Of a DNA stretch of 64,000 nucleotides, positions 48,092-57,055 are shown piece by piece (positions within the stretch are counted from its first letter, which is position 1; each line of letters opens with the position of its first letter). The notes beneath the pieces are model-generated. The model did no database searches. It was not told the origin of the DNA and saw only the letters and a program-made list of their open reading frames with translations. Source of the DNA: Parcubacteria group bacterium Gr01-1014_38 (lineage in GTDB: Bacteria; Patescibacteriota; Andersenbacteria; UBA10190; CAIZMI01). The stretch spans positions 70,988 to 134,987 of the forward strand of contig VMFP01000004.1 of assembly GCA_007376145.1 (NCBI GenBank), read 5' to 3'. Made by a program: the position numbers and the translations under genes.

Positions 48092-48856
48092 ATGCCGGTA
48101 CCAGAAACCAGATATCTCTTCAGCCGCAGCGAGCGAGGTATCTTCGCGGAAATTTACTTTCCCAAGCGAGCGGCCTATTACGGCGCGATCTTCAATGCCC
48201 TGCGGCATGGGTATGATGAGCATGAGGTCAAAACGTATTTGCGGCGCCACGTAGTCGCATTGCTGAACGAGTTTCAGACCTTTCCCGACCTGTTCAATCC
48301 CCACCGATACACTGCGGCTAGGCCTCGGCGCACGCCACCCTCGACTGCCGAAGCGCTGGAGCGTATCGACATGTACCAGTCCCCCTTCAAGGGCTGGTCG
48401 GTGTACTCGGTTGATGGCGTCTTTTTCGACGCCCAAGGGGAACCTACCGAGGAAGCTACCCAGGTAGTGCGGGTCATGTTCCGGTTCGATAGCTCGTTTA
48501 CGGAACAGGCAGCTGCCGCTGGTTGCCCGGATGTGCTGCGGTCGATTCTGTTTTGGGTCATCAGCCAGCAAGGCCGCCTGGACGAGCATAAAGTATGGAG
48601 CAAAGCCGAACAGGCGCAGTTCATAGCCCGGCACAGACCGTGGCCGAAAAGGAAACGGCTGTTTGCCCAGCAGCACTTCCAAGCCATTGCCTCCGAAGCC
48701 GCCAAGTGGGTGGATGACCGCGCCCTATTCGTTTTTGCCTACCTCGTCCGCAAGTTCTGGGGGCAGGTGGTGGAAGAACGCCTCTATGAAGAGGAGATCT
48801 GGGTGATCAACCTCTTTGATCTGGTGGTAAATGTTGTGAAGCGGACTGAACAGTAA
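48092..48856 (+). CDS. hypothetical protein (254 aa), no recognisable family, lower-GC
   Basis: A strong GAGGAGG Shine-Dalgarno sits 7 nt upstream of the ATG. The protein has no TM segments. Its sequence reads MPVPETRYLFSRSERGIFAEIYFPKRAAYYGAIFNALRHGYDEHEV.... Confidence 0.5.
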   Translation: MPVPETRYLFSRSERGIFAEIYFPKRAAYYGAIFNALRHGYDEHEVKTYLRRHVVALLNEFQTFPDLFNPHRYTAARPRRTPPSTAEALERIDMYQSPFKGWSVYSVDGVFFDAQGEPTEEATQVVRVMFRFDSSFTEQAAAAGCPDVLRSILFWVISQQGRLDEHKVWSKAEQAQFIARHRPWPKRKRLFAQQHFQAIASEAAKWVDDRALFVFAYLVRKFWGQVVEERLYEEEIWVINLFDLVVNVVKRTEQ

Positions 48857-48882
48857 CCATGTACTTTGAAAGGAGAATAGCC

Positions 48883-49110
48883 ATGCTTGCCAAGGCAACC
48901 GCGCAATTGGTGGAGGAGGTATTTGCCCACTTTGGAGCAGATGCCAAGCAGAAGGCAAAGGAGAACCCCGAGGCCTGTCTGATCTCGATGCTTACGTTGA
49001 TCAAGAAAGAGCTTCCACATGTTTACGCTACGCTGCGCATGAGCATTGAGTTGGCTCCGTACGACGGCTATCTTCAGGAAGCGCGGGAGAAACTGGAGCA
49101 GACTTCTTGA
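48883..49110 (+). CDS. hypothetical small helical protein (75 aa)
   Basis: An AAGGAG Shine-Dalgarno sits 8 nt upstream of the ATG at 48883. It is followed by an intrinsic terminator. The sequence is MLAKATAQLVEEVFAHFGADAKQKAKENPEACLISMLTLIKKELPHVYATL.... Confidence 0.4.
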   Translation: MLAKATAQLVEEVFAHFGADAKQKAKENPEACLISMLTLIKKELPHVYATLRMSIELAPYDGYLQEAREKLEQTS

Positions 49111-49138
49111 CCTGGTACACGCCTCCGTCTACTCTTTC

Positions 49139-49172
49139 GGCGGCATCATCAACGATGGTGCCGCCTTTTTAT
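49139..49172 (+). terminator. Rho-independent terminator
   Basis: GGCGGCATCATC-AAC-GATGGTGCCGCC stem (12 bp, one G.U pair) followed by TTTTTAT. Confidence 0.55.
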
Positions 49173-49333
49173 AAGGGGAAAGTCATCGTCAGCCGCGAAG
49201 GGACCGATAGTTTGACTCCCAAACTCCATGTACCCGCATCGTGGGTAAATGTCGCACCCTGCCGCTGCACCCAGACAGCGGAAGCTTCGCTGCCTGTTCC
49301 GTTTATTCACACGGTGCTGGTGCCTTTGACGAA

Positions 49334-50158
49334 TCACTTTTCGAACCGCGCGAACTTGACGCCGCGGAAGCGGACGCGGCGGAATCCGGTGCGCGCGGCG
49401 ATGAAACGCATGGCCGTCTCGCTGTAAATGCTCACGTGGGTCTCCGGTTCCTGGAGATAGAACCAATGGTCCTGCTCGCGCTGATAGTCGGGATCCTCCA
49501 AGCGGCGCGTTTGCACCAACAGAACGCCGCCGGGACGGAGAACTCGATGAAGCTCGCGGAACGTTTCCAAAACGTTCGGAATGTGCTCCAGCGTCTCAAT
49601 GGAAAAAATCCCATCAAGGTCTTCTGCCGGGAGATTGGCTTCGGAAATAGGAACTCGAAGAATATACTGGCTTTCTACCGGACTAAACGGGTCGAGGCCG
49701 ATGCAATCGAAGCCTTCCTTCCGAAGCTCCGACACGATGGTCCCATGCCCGCAGCCGAAATCGAGGAGCTTGGGAAAACGTTTTCGGGCGCTGTGCTGGT
49801 ACCAGCGTTCATACAGAGGCACGTGCTTCAGCGCGGTGTGGACGTGACGAGAGGCCCATGCCACCGGTGAGGACATGAGCCCGAGCATTTCCCACCCCTT
49901 TGCGCGCATCTCCTGCGGATCGCCCGACGGCCAGAGGCGCTCCCGCGCGTCCGCATTCGCTGCGTCCTGCGCTACCAATACGTGGGGATGATCTTCCCAG
50001 TGAAAGTTCTGCAAGAAATCGCAGGAGCCACAGTGATAATAGGAAACGCTGTCCACCGTGTGGCGGAGAGACACGGGCGCTCCGCAGAGTTTACAGCCGC
50101 GCTCGGTGCGTGTCGGTGCTTCGGCTACACGGGAAGAAACGGCGAGTTGGTGTTGCAT
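49334..50158 (-). CDS. class I SAM-dependent methyltransferase with N-terminal Zn-ribbon
   Basis: CKLCG...CGSC ribbon, LLDFGCGHGTIVSEL as motif I, then LRPGGVLLV. The start is taken at MQHQLAV (50158). Confidence 0.6.
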   Translation of the reverse strand: MQHQLAVSSRVAEAPTRTERGCKLCGAPVSLRHTVDSVSYYHCGSCDFLQNFHWEDHPHVLVAQDAANADARERLWPSGDPQEMRAKGWEMLGLMSSPVAWASRHVHTALKHVPLYERWYQHSARKRFPKLLDFGCGHGTIVSELRKEGFDCIGLDPFSPVESQYILRVPISEANLPAEDLDGIFSIETLEHIPNVLETFRELHRVLRPGGVLLVQTRRLEDPDYQREQDHWFYLQEPETHVSIYSETAMRFIAARTGFRRVRFRGVKFARFEK

Positions 50159-50346
50159 GTCGGAAGCATACCAGAACCACGCGCCACCAAAGAGACAGGC
50201 ACGAGATACGTTTTCCTTGTCGCCCGAGGCAATTTCGCGTACCATGCGCGCGTGTCAACCCCGTTACCACGGAGTCACGTACTGTGGCCGAACGTACGTA
50301 TCCCTTCCGTCTGCAGTGGGACCGTTCCGCTAATCCCCACACTCTG

Positions 50347-51060
50347 ATGCGAAACGTGGTAACGGGGTCAACCGGTTCGGGTACGGACGACCGCACGCCG
50401 TCTGGGGAACCTTCGTTCCTGCTTCGAGGGATCTTTCACGTTCATACGAGCGCGTCGAAAGACTGCCGAATGTCGGCCGAAGCGGTCGTTTCCAAATGCA
50501 TTGATGAGGGCGTGGACGTCCTGGCAGTGACGGACCACCACGAGATTTCCGGCGCACAAGCCCTCCAACGGCGTGCGCCCTTCCAAGTGATTGTCGGAGA
50601 GGAAATCCGCGCGGCCGAAGGAGGAGAAATCATCGGTCTCTTTTTGAAGGAGAAAATCTCTCAAGGACAACACGCGCGAGACGTGGTGCGGGAAATCCGC
50701 GCCCAAGGCGGCCTCGTCTATCTCCCGCACCCTTTTGATCGAATCCGAACAAAACAGTGGCCTGACGCTCTCCGCGCAGCGCTTCTTGAGACTGCGGACA
50801 TTATGGAAGTCTTCAATGCGCGGAGCATGACGCGCACGTCGGAACGAAAAGCGCGGGAAGCCGCCGAGCGACTCGGGAAGGTCGCGTGCGTCGGCGCGGA
50901 TGCACACTTCCCCAGAGAAATCGGCCCAACGGCGGTGCTGCTTCCTCCCTTCTCCACGCCGGAGTCACTCCTCGTCAGTCTCCGAACGGCGCGCTTCCGG
51001 TGCCAGCGAAGTCCGCGCTGGGTGTTTCCGGCCACCAAACTTGTTGAGCTCCTGCGATGA
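50347..51060 (+). CDS. PHP-domain metal-dependent phosphoesterase
   Basis: ...RGIFHVHTSASKDC...LAVTDHHE...GLVYLPHPFD...GADAHFPREIG is a PHP His/Asp ligand pattern. The 5' part of the listed ORF (49900-50346) is antisense to the methyltransferase and was discarded. Confidence 0.6.
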   Translation: MRNVVTGSTGSGTDDRTPSGEPSFLLRGIFHVHTSASKDCRMSAEAVVSKCIDEGVDVLAVTDHHEISGAQALQRRAPFQVIVGEEIRAAEGGEIIGLFLKEKISQGQHARDVVREIRAQGGLVYLPHPFDRIRTKQWPDALRAALLETADIMEVFNARSMTRTSERKAREAAERLGKVACVGADAHFPREIGPTAVLLPPFSTPESLLVSLRTARFRCQRSPRWVFPATKLVELLR

Positions 51061-53636
51061 GAAACACCCTGCAGTGGTTCGGTGGAGCGGCGGTACTCCT
51101 TATCGCTGGCATTGTTCTGCACGCGCTCATCCTCGTTGATGATCTTCCGGATTTGACGCACGATGTTGCTGACGACCCGGAAAATTTCGTCGAGGTGTGG
51201 GGGACACGCACGCTTGGTCAGACGATTCGGCCTCCGCTGCCAAGCATGAGCGGCATTGCGCTGTCTCTCCACCGCCGACCGGGAGTGCATCTCTCCGGGT
51301 ACATTATCCTCCACATTCGGGAATCCCCAGACGCCACAAACGATCTCCGCATTGTCCGGCTCCCGGTCGTGTTTGTCCGAGGAGATCGCTTCACCGAGTT
51401 CCCCTTTCCTCCTCTGAACACGCGATCTCGAGAAGCCCTCTATCTCTTCATTGAATACCCCGACGGGACCAACGATCGTCCGCTGCTTCTCCGCGCGGAG
51501 CAGCGGGAGGTGGATCGGTCCAAGATCGAAAGAATCGTCGATTATGCGGGCGGAACACTCATCCGCGACCACCGGGCTGCCGCCGGCGATCTCGCCTTTC
51601 AACTCTTGAAGCGCGCACGTCGGCCCTTCGGTCTTCAAGTCATCGGCGCAGCACTCCTCGGAGGGATCAGCCTGCTGATCGGGGGCATGCTGTCCATTGC
51701 TGCACGTCGGCAGTGGGTAAAAACATCATGGATCGTCCCCGCGGTTCTTCTCGTCCTCGGCGCCGGACTGCCGCTCATCTTTTACCTCCCCCTCCTTCTG
51801 CAACCCTCCTTTCTCGGCGTGGGAGACTGGGATATGAACACCACGCTCCACGCGGCGGCGGAACGCGCACTCCTCCGCGAGCAGACGTTCCCGGGGTGGA
51901 ACCCGTATCTCTGCGGAGGGACGCCCCTCGCCGCGTTCCCGGAGGCACCGGTCTTCTCTCCCTTCTTCACCACTGTGCTGCTCGGAGGACCGGTAATCGG
52001 TTTTAAGATGAATGTTCTTCTGCACGGTGCGCTCGGGTTCTTGGGCATGCTCTTGTGGCTGCGAAAGGGGTGGAACCTGTCGTGGCTCGCGGCCTTCGTG
52101 GGTGCGGCCGTCGTCGTTTTTTCTTCTTTTATGGGACTGCATCTCGCCGCCGGCCACTCGCGGAAAGTCGCGGCCGCATGGATCCCATGGATTCTCTTGT
52201 TCTTCCAACGCGCCTGCGCGTCGGAGAACCCGCCGACGGGAGCTCGCGAGCAACACCGCGCGCATCGCTGGCGGTCCCTCCGCTTCGCCGCGCCCGCCGG
52301 AGGATTTCTCGCTCTCATGCTTCTGGACGGAAGCGTGTACCTGTCCATCTACTCCGCGACCTTCGTCGTCTTGGTGGGCATCTTGGCGAGTCTCAATGAG
52401 CGACGTGTACTTCCGATCGCCGCCAGTCTCGTCACCGTCCTCCTCGGTGGACTCCTCGCGGGAGTACACCTCGTGCCGACCGCATATTCCCAAGCCACGC
52501 TCCAGACGGTCTTAACCAACGAAACGGCGCCGGTGCCTCTCCAGGCGTTGTGGCACGTGTTCCTCGATCCCAATCAGCGTGACGACGCGCAGAAATTTGC
52601 CGGTCAGACGCAGCCCTGGCTTGAGTATGGCGCGTACGTCGGTGTCGTCCCCGCGCTCTTGAGCGTGCTCGGGATCTTCACCGCGTGGCGCGCGGTGCGC
52701 CCGTGGGCCGGCGCCAGCCTCTTCTTCCTTCTGGTCCTGGTTTCGTCATCGGTGCAGCGCGGGATCGAGGCAGTGCCAATACTCGGCGATCTCCGCAATC
52801 CGCAGCGCATGGCGGGAATGGTGACGATCGCCATCGGTCTCACCGCCGCACTGGGAACCGAGCGCGTGATGCGGTGGCTTCTCGGGACCGACCGCGCGGG
52901 TTCCCTCTCGTCCTCACCGCCGTCGCTCCATCGCGCCGTTGGCGCCGCTCTCGGCGTCCTCACCACCATCACCATTGGGCATCTCATCTTCGTGAACACG
53001 GAAACGTTGGCGGGAACCTTCGTCGTCCCGCCACCTCCGGCACAGGAGGAACCATTTCGCCAGGGGTGGGCGCGGAATCGCCTCGTGGGGATCGAAGACT
53101 CATTTGTCTTCACTATGGAAAATACGTTGCGAAACCGCGGTTCCATCAACCGCTGCTCGGTCGCGGGCATTCGACCAACGGGCGCGCTCCGCATGCCACC
53201 ACCACGTGACCCCGGGGGAGAAGTTGCCGCGGAGTTCCAGGACGCTCCGTATCGTGGAGAGGCATTTCTTCTCGAAGGGCAAGGCACCGCCGCAGTCGAA
53301 GAGCAAACCACGAATCGCGTCCGCGTCCGGTACCAGACGTCCTCGCCCGCTCTGCTCGCGCTCAACCAGAATTACCATCCAGGGTGGAGAACCTCGCGCC
53401 GATCCACGGAGCAGGATCGTCCCCGAGAAGAACCGGCCACCTTCGTTCAGGGTCTGGTGGCCACCGTGCTCCCACCGGGATCGGGAACGGTGACTTTCTC
53501 GTACACCACGCCAGCATTGAGAGCAGGCATGCTCACCACGGCGTTCGGGATGCTCGCTGCGCTGTGGCTGTGGCATCGCAGCACACTCCCGCGGACTCGA
53601 CGAGCAGAGGGTCGCGATCCTTCTGCACACCGGTGA
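51057..53636 (+). CDS. YfhO-like polytopic membrane protein
   Basis: ...GDWDMNTTLHAAAERALLREQTFPGWNPYLCGGTPLAAFPEAPVF... is a loop motif shared with the ORF at 40951. Its start overlaps the PHP gene stop by 4 nt. Confidence 0.55.
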   Translation: MRNTLQWFGGAAVLLIAGIVLHALILVDDLPDLTHDVADDPENFVEVWGTRTLGQTIRPPLPSMSGIALSLHRRPGVHLSGYIILHIRESPDATNDLRIVRLPVVFVRGDRFTEFPFPPLNTRSREALYLFIEYPDGTNDRPLLLRAEQREVDRSKIERIVDYAGGTLIRDHRAAAGDLAFQLLKRARRPFGLQVIGAALLGGISLLIGGMLSIAARRQWVKTSWIVPAVLLVLGAGLPLIFYLPLLLQPSFLGVGDWDMNTTLHAAAERALLREQTFPGWNPYLCGGTPLAAFPEAPVFSPFFTTVLLGGPVIGFKMNVLLHGALGFLGMLLWLRKGWNLSWLAAFVGAAVVVFSSFMGLHLAAGHSRKVAAAWIPWILLFFQRACASENPPTGAREQHRAHRWRSLRFAAPAGGFLALMLLDGSVYLSIYSATFVVLVGILASLNERRVLPIAASLVTVLLGGLLAGVHLVPTAYSQATLQTVLTNETAPVPLQALWHVFLDPNQRDDAQKFAGQTQPWLEYGAYVGVVPALLSVLGIFTAWRAVRPWAGASLFFLLVLVSSSVQRGIEAVPILGDLRNPQRMAGMVTIAIGLTAALGTERVMRWLLGTDRAGSLSSSPPSLHRAVGAALGVLTTITIGHLIFVNTETLAGTFVVPPPPAQEEPFRQGWARNRLVGIEDSFVFTMENTLRNRGSINRCSVAGIRPTGALRMPPPRDPGGEVAAEFQDAPYRGEAFLLEGQGTAAVEEQTTNRVRVRYQTSSPALLALNQNYHPGWRTSRRSTEQDRPREEPATFVQGLVATVLPPGSGTVTFSYTTPALRAGMLTTAFGMLAALWLWHRSTLPRTRRAEGRDPSAHR

Positions 53637-55240
53637 TGGAAACGGCTCCCGCGCTCTCCCACGCCGCACGGTCAGGCACGGCAATCGGCGCCGCGCAGCT
53701 CCTGAGCTATGGAGCGAGCTTCCTGCTGAATATCGCGATCGCGGCGACATTCGGTGCTGCCCGAACCACCGACGCGTATTTCATGGCGACCTCAACCGCG
53801 GAACTCCTGGCGAAAATTCTCCTTGGCGGCGCCCTGACCTCCGTTCTTCTTCCGCTCTTCGTCGAGCACCTCGCAAAGAATGACGCGCGCCGCGCGTGGG
53901 CGCTCTTCTCCTCGCTGCTTTCCCTGGCGGTGATCGCCTTCTTCGTTCTCGGCAGCATCCTCCAGGTGTTTGCGGAACCCCTGGTGACGTTCCTGGCTCC
54001 AGGATTTTCGGGAGAAACTCGCAGCCTGACCACGCTCCTCCTGCGCCTGGTGTTCCCCGCCTACCTTCTCTCATTTCTCGCTGACCTCGCCATGGTTCCT
54101 TTGCACGCGCAACGGCGCTTTGGTCTTCCGGCGCTGTCACGCCTGGTGGTGCCAACGATCACGCTCCTAGCTCTTCTCACCCTCGCCGGCCATGTCGGAA
54201 TCCGGGTGCTGGTCTGGGGAACATTCTCGGGGACGGTCGTGCAGCTTTCGATTCTTCTCATTGCGCTTCGCCGCTTCGGGTATGTGCCGACGTTTCTCCC
54301 ACACGTGAAGAACCCTGATGTACGACGCGCCCTCCTCCTCACGCTTCCGTTTGTCCTGTCGATCTTGGCCGCGCACGGAGCCGGAATCGTCTACCGCATC
54401 CTGGTGTCATTGGAGCCGGAAGGGTCCTTGGCGAGTTTGAAATTCGGCGAGAGAATCTTTCAAATGGCAAACGTGCTCTTCATCGGAACGATTGTTCAGG
54501 TGGCGTTTCCCGCCTTCGCGCGCGCGGTGTCCACGTCACCAGAAGAAGCACAGCAGCGACTGCAGACCGCGATCCGACTGGTGACCTTCGTCGGTATCCC
54601 GCTCACCATCGGCCTTATCCTCCTTCGCACACCCCTCGTCCGCGTGCTCTATGAACGCGGTGCGTTCACGGCGGAAGACACGGCGGCCACCGCTGCGCTC
54701 GTCCCGTTCTTTGTTCTCGGACTGTTAGGAAACGGGTGGAGTTCACTCCTCGGTCACTTCGTTCTCGCCTTTCAGGAAACGCGGATGGCGGTCGCGGTGT
54801 CCGTCGCTCTCCAAGCCGTGGCGGCAGCGTGCTTCGTCCTCCTCGTCCCTCCGCTTGGCGTGACGGGGTTAGCCCTCGTCTCCGGTCTCGGGCCGTTTGT
54901 GCTCACCGCGCTGTACCTCTGGGTTTTTCGCCACCGAACTCCTCGACCCGGAACGTTATTCTTCAACGCGCGGACGTTTCGGTTGATACTGGCGGGGGGA
55001 ATCTGCGCCCTCGCCGTGACCGCCATTCGCGTACTCGCACAGTCTTTCCCGCTCACCAAGGCACGCGACGCCAGCATGCTGATCGCGGCTGGCGCCTTCG
55101 GCGGGACCGCGTATGTCCTTGCCGCCTGGTTGCTCCGCGTTCCCGAAACTGGTATCGTGCTCCGTCTCCTGCGCCATGAATTCACACGCATCCTGGGGTT
55201 CCGCTTTGGAAGAAAAGCGCGTCCAGCGAACGCCGCATGA
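53636..55240 (+). CDS. MurJ/MviN-family MOP flippase
   Basis: From METAPALSH: ...LLSYGASFLLNIAIAATFGAARTTDAYFMATSTAELLAKIL... is the MurJ N-terminal signature. There are about 14 TM helices. The start overlaps the upstream stop (TGATG). Confidence 0.65.
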   Translation: METAPALSHAARSGTAIGAAQLLSYGASFLLNIAIAATFGAARTTDAYFMATSTAELLAKILLGGALTSVLLPLFVEHLAKNDARRAWALFSSLLSLAVIAFFVLGSILQVFAEPLVTFLAPGFSGETRSLTTLLLRLVFPAYLLSFLADLAMVPLHAQRRFGLPALSRLVVPTITLLALLTLAGHVGIRVLVWGTFSGTVVQLSILLIALRRFGYVPTFLPHVKNPDVRRALLLTLPFVLSILAAHGAGIVYRILVSLEPEGSLASLKFGERIFQMANVLFIGTIVQVAFPAFARAVSTSPEEAQQRLQTAIRLVTFVGIPLTIGLILLRTPLVRVLYERGAFTAEDTAATAALVPFFVLGLLGNGWSSLLGHFVLAFQETRMAVAVSVALQAVAAACFVLLVPPLGVTGLALVSGLGPFVLTALYLWVFRHRTPRPGTLFFNARTFRLILAGGICALAVTAIRVLAQSFPLTKARDASMLIAAGAFGGTAYVLAAWLLRVPETGIVLRLLRHEFTRILGFRFGRKARPANAA

Positions 55241-55296
55241 CACACCCGTCACGGAGTACGCGGAAGCCCTAACTTGGGCCTGACATCGAGACCCCC

Positions 55297-56472
55297 GTGC
55301 GGTTTGCGTGTATTGAATTCACGACCAAGGCTGGAAAGATCTGGCGTCCGACGCCGGAGCGGCCAAACTACCTCTGCGATCCGGAGAGGGAAATTGACCC
55401 GACCAGCTTTGGGTGTTACACCTCCGCGCTGCATGGCGAGCACGTGCCTCTCACCGGCCTGATCTACGGGTCACTCGACCGTCCGCCCTCCCGGTTCCAG
55501 CGAGCCCGACATAATCTCGCCCGGCGCACGCGCGGGACCTTTGCCCCGTACGATCTCTCCTACCTGAAACAGTTCGATGTGCTCCTGGTCATCTACCAGC
55601 TCAGCAACGATGGCGAACTCGTCCGTTTCGTGCAGCGGGTCCGAACGGAACTGCCGAACATTCTCCTCGTGAGCTGCTCGTCACCACCCTTCGGCCGCCT
55701 GCGGGAGTACTGGAAGGATCACCCCGAGACCATCGTTCGGTACCAGACATTCCTGAACTCTACGCACCTGAACATGAATGTCTGCCGCGCGACCGTCCCG
55801 TTCACCCGACTCCTCACCACGACGCCGTCCGTCTACTTGCCGCAACCGTATCCGGTGGAATACGCCGTGGCATGCGCGCAGAAGACCTCGAAGCGTCGTC
55901 CGATCGTGTACGTGGCGGGCGACACGGTCCGACCCGATATCGTGACGGGTCACCTCATCGCCAACGTGCTGCAGCAGCACCACCCGGAGCTCCACATCCG
56001 GGTCACAAAGACGCCTGGGTTCTCCTTGAACACCGCGTTCCTGAAGGGGACACGTTTCGAGGTCGTACCGTTTCGGCCCTGGGCAGACCAAGTGCACGAA
56101 CTCGCCAGTGTCCGCCTCGTGATCAACACCGATCTCTGGTGGACGCGCGGCCGTGTTCCCGTGGACTGTGCCGCCGCCGGAGTCCCGTGCGTGGGGACCA
56201 CGAGCGACGGACAGACGGAACTCTGGCCCGAGCTCGCTTCTTCAGAGAGCACGGACGTCGACCGCCTGATTGCGCTTGCCGAGCGAGCGCTCACCGACGA
56301 CGCCTTTCGAGCAGCGGTGGTGTCGAAAGCCCAGCGCCGCCTCACCCAGTATGCCTATGGTCCGACCATCCAGCGCTTTGCTGGTGCGGTCGAACTCACG
56401 CGCGCCGGACGGTTGGCCGCATGGCGGGATCCGGTCTGGAAAGACGATATGCTCGTATGGCCGACTCCATGA
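55297..56472 (+). CDS. hypothetical protein; C-terminal half weakly GT-B-like (possible divergent glycosyltransferase)
   Basis: The ORF has a GTG start. ...PVDCAAAGVPCVGTTSDGQTELWPEL... resembles the donor-binding region of GT4 enzymes. The N-terminal half has no recognisable family. Confidence 0.35.
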   Translation: MRFACIEFTTKAGKIWRPTPERPNYLCDPEREIDPTSFGCYTSALHGEHVPLTGLIYGSLDRPPSRFQRARHNLARRTRGTFAPYDLSYLKQFDVLLVIYQLSNDGELVRFVQRVRTELPNILLVSCSSPPFGRLREYWKDHPETIVRYQTFLNSTHLNMNVCRATVPFTRLLTTTPSVYLPQPYPVEYAVACAQKTSKRRPIVYVAGDTVRPDIVTGHLIANVLQQHHPELHIRVTKTPGFSLNTAFLKGTRFEVVPFRPWADQVHELASVRLVINTDLWWTRGRVPVDCAAAGVPCVGTTSDGQTELWPELASSESTDVDRLIALAERALTDDAFRAAVVSKAQRRLTQYAYGPTIQRFAGAVELTRAGRLAAWRDPVWKDDMLVWPTP

Positions 56473-57047
56473 CGGTCACACACTCCCTGCGGCGCGTCCT
56501 CCGATTCCCGCAGACACCGGAAACGCGCGCCGAGGCACTGGTCTTCAGTACGCTCATCGTGGTGTTTCTCGTCTTCTTGGGTGGAGCCCTGAACTACGCC
56601 GCACGTGAGCACCGCGATGGCGTCCGACGACAGCAACTCCGAGAAATCAAGACGGAACTCGAACGCTGGTACAACAGTACGAACGGGTTCCCGCTCCATC
56701 CTTCGGGAGATCTCGGCTGGTGCGGTTCCACGGACGATCCGGAAGACTGGTTCTTTACGTCGTTTCTGAAGCGCGAACGGCAATGGAGCGCGTTGGTCCG
56801 CGACCCCAAGGCGTCGCGCAGCTTGAAGTACCGTTACTGTCCGACGGTGCTGGAAGCAAAGAAGGGGGAAGGAACGCCCTTGGCTGCGGGGTTCTTCCTC
56901 GAAGCCACCTTGGAGAACCGCCGCCCAGGGTCTGCGGGGTTCAATGCCGAGCACAACGTCTTTGAGCGCACCTTCACCCCGAATGGCCGCACGCGCTACT
57001 GGCTTTGCGGGGGGCGAGAGACCCAGTGTGGGACAGAGCAGCCGTAA
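56457..57047 (+). CDS. hypothetical membrane-anchored protein (single N-terminal TM)
   Basis: MADSMTVT...EALVFSTLIVVFLVFLGGALNYAA then a soluble region with 4 Cys. It overlaps the upstream gene end. The alternative start is 56469. Confidence 0.4.
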   Translation: MADSMTVTHSLRRVLRFPQTPETRAEALVFSTLIVVFLVFLGGALNYAAREHRDGVRRQQLREIKTELERWYNSTNGFPLHPSGDLGWCGSTDDPEDWFFTSFLKRERQWSALVRDPKASRSLKYRYCPTVLEAKKGEGTPLAAGFFLEATLENRRPGSAGFNAEHNVFERTFTPNGRTRYWLCGGRETQCGTEQP

Positions 57048-57055
57048 GGAACACC

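Noticed and set aside
49900-50346. 5' extension of the PHP ORF overlapping the divergent methyltransferase
   Set aside because: This part is antisense to the methyltransferase with the Zn ribbon and SAM motif. The PHP domain begins at the internal MRNVVT... start (50347), just before the HVHT motif.
53384-53635. 5' extension of the MurJ-like ORF
   Set aside because: It lies inside the upstream YfhO-like gene in another frame. The METAPAL start at 53636 forms a TGATG overlap with the upstream stop.
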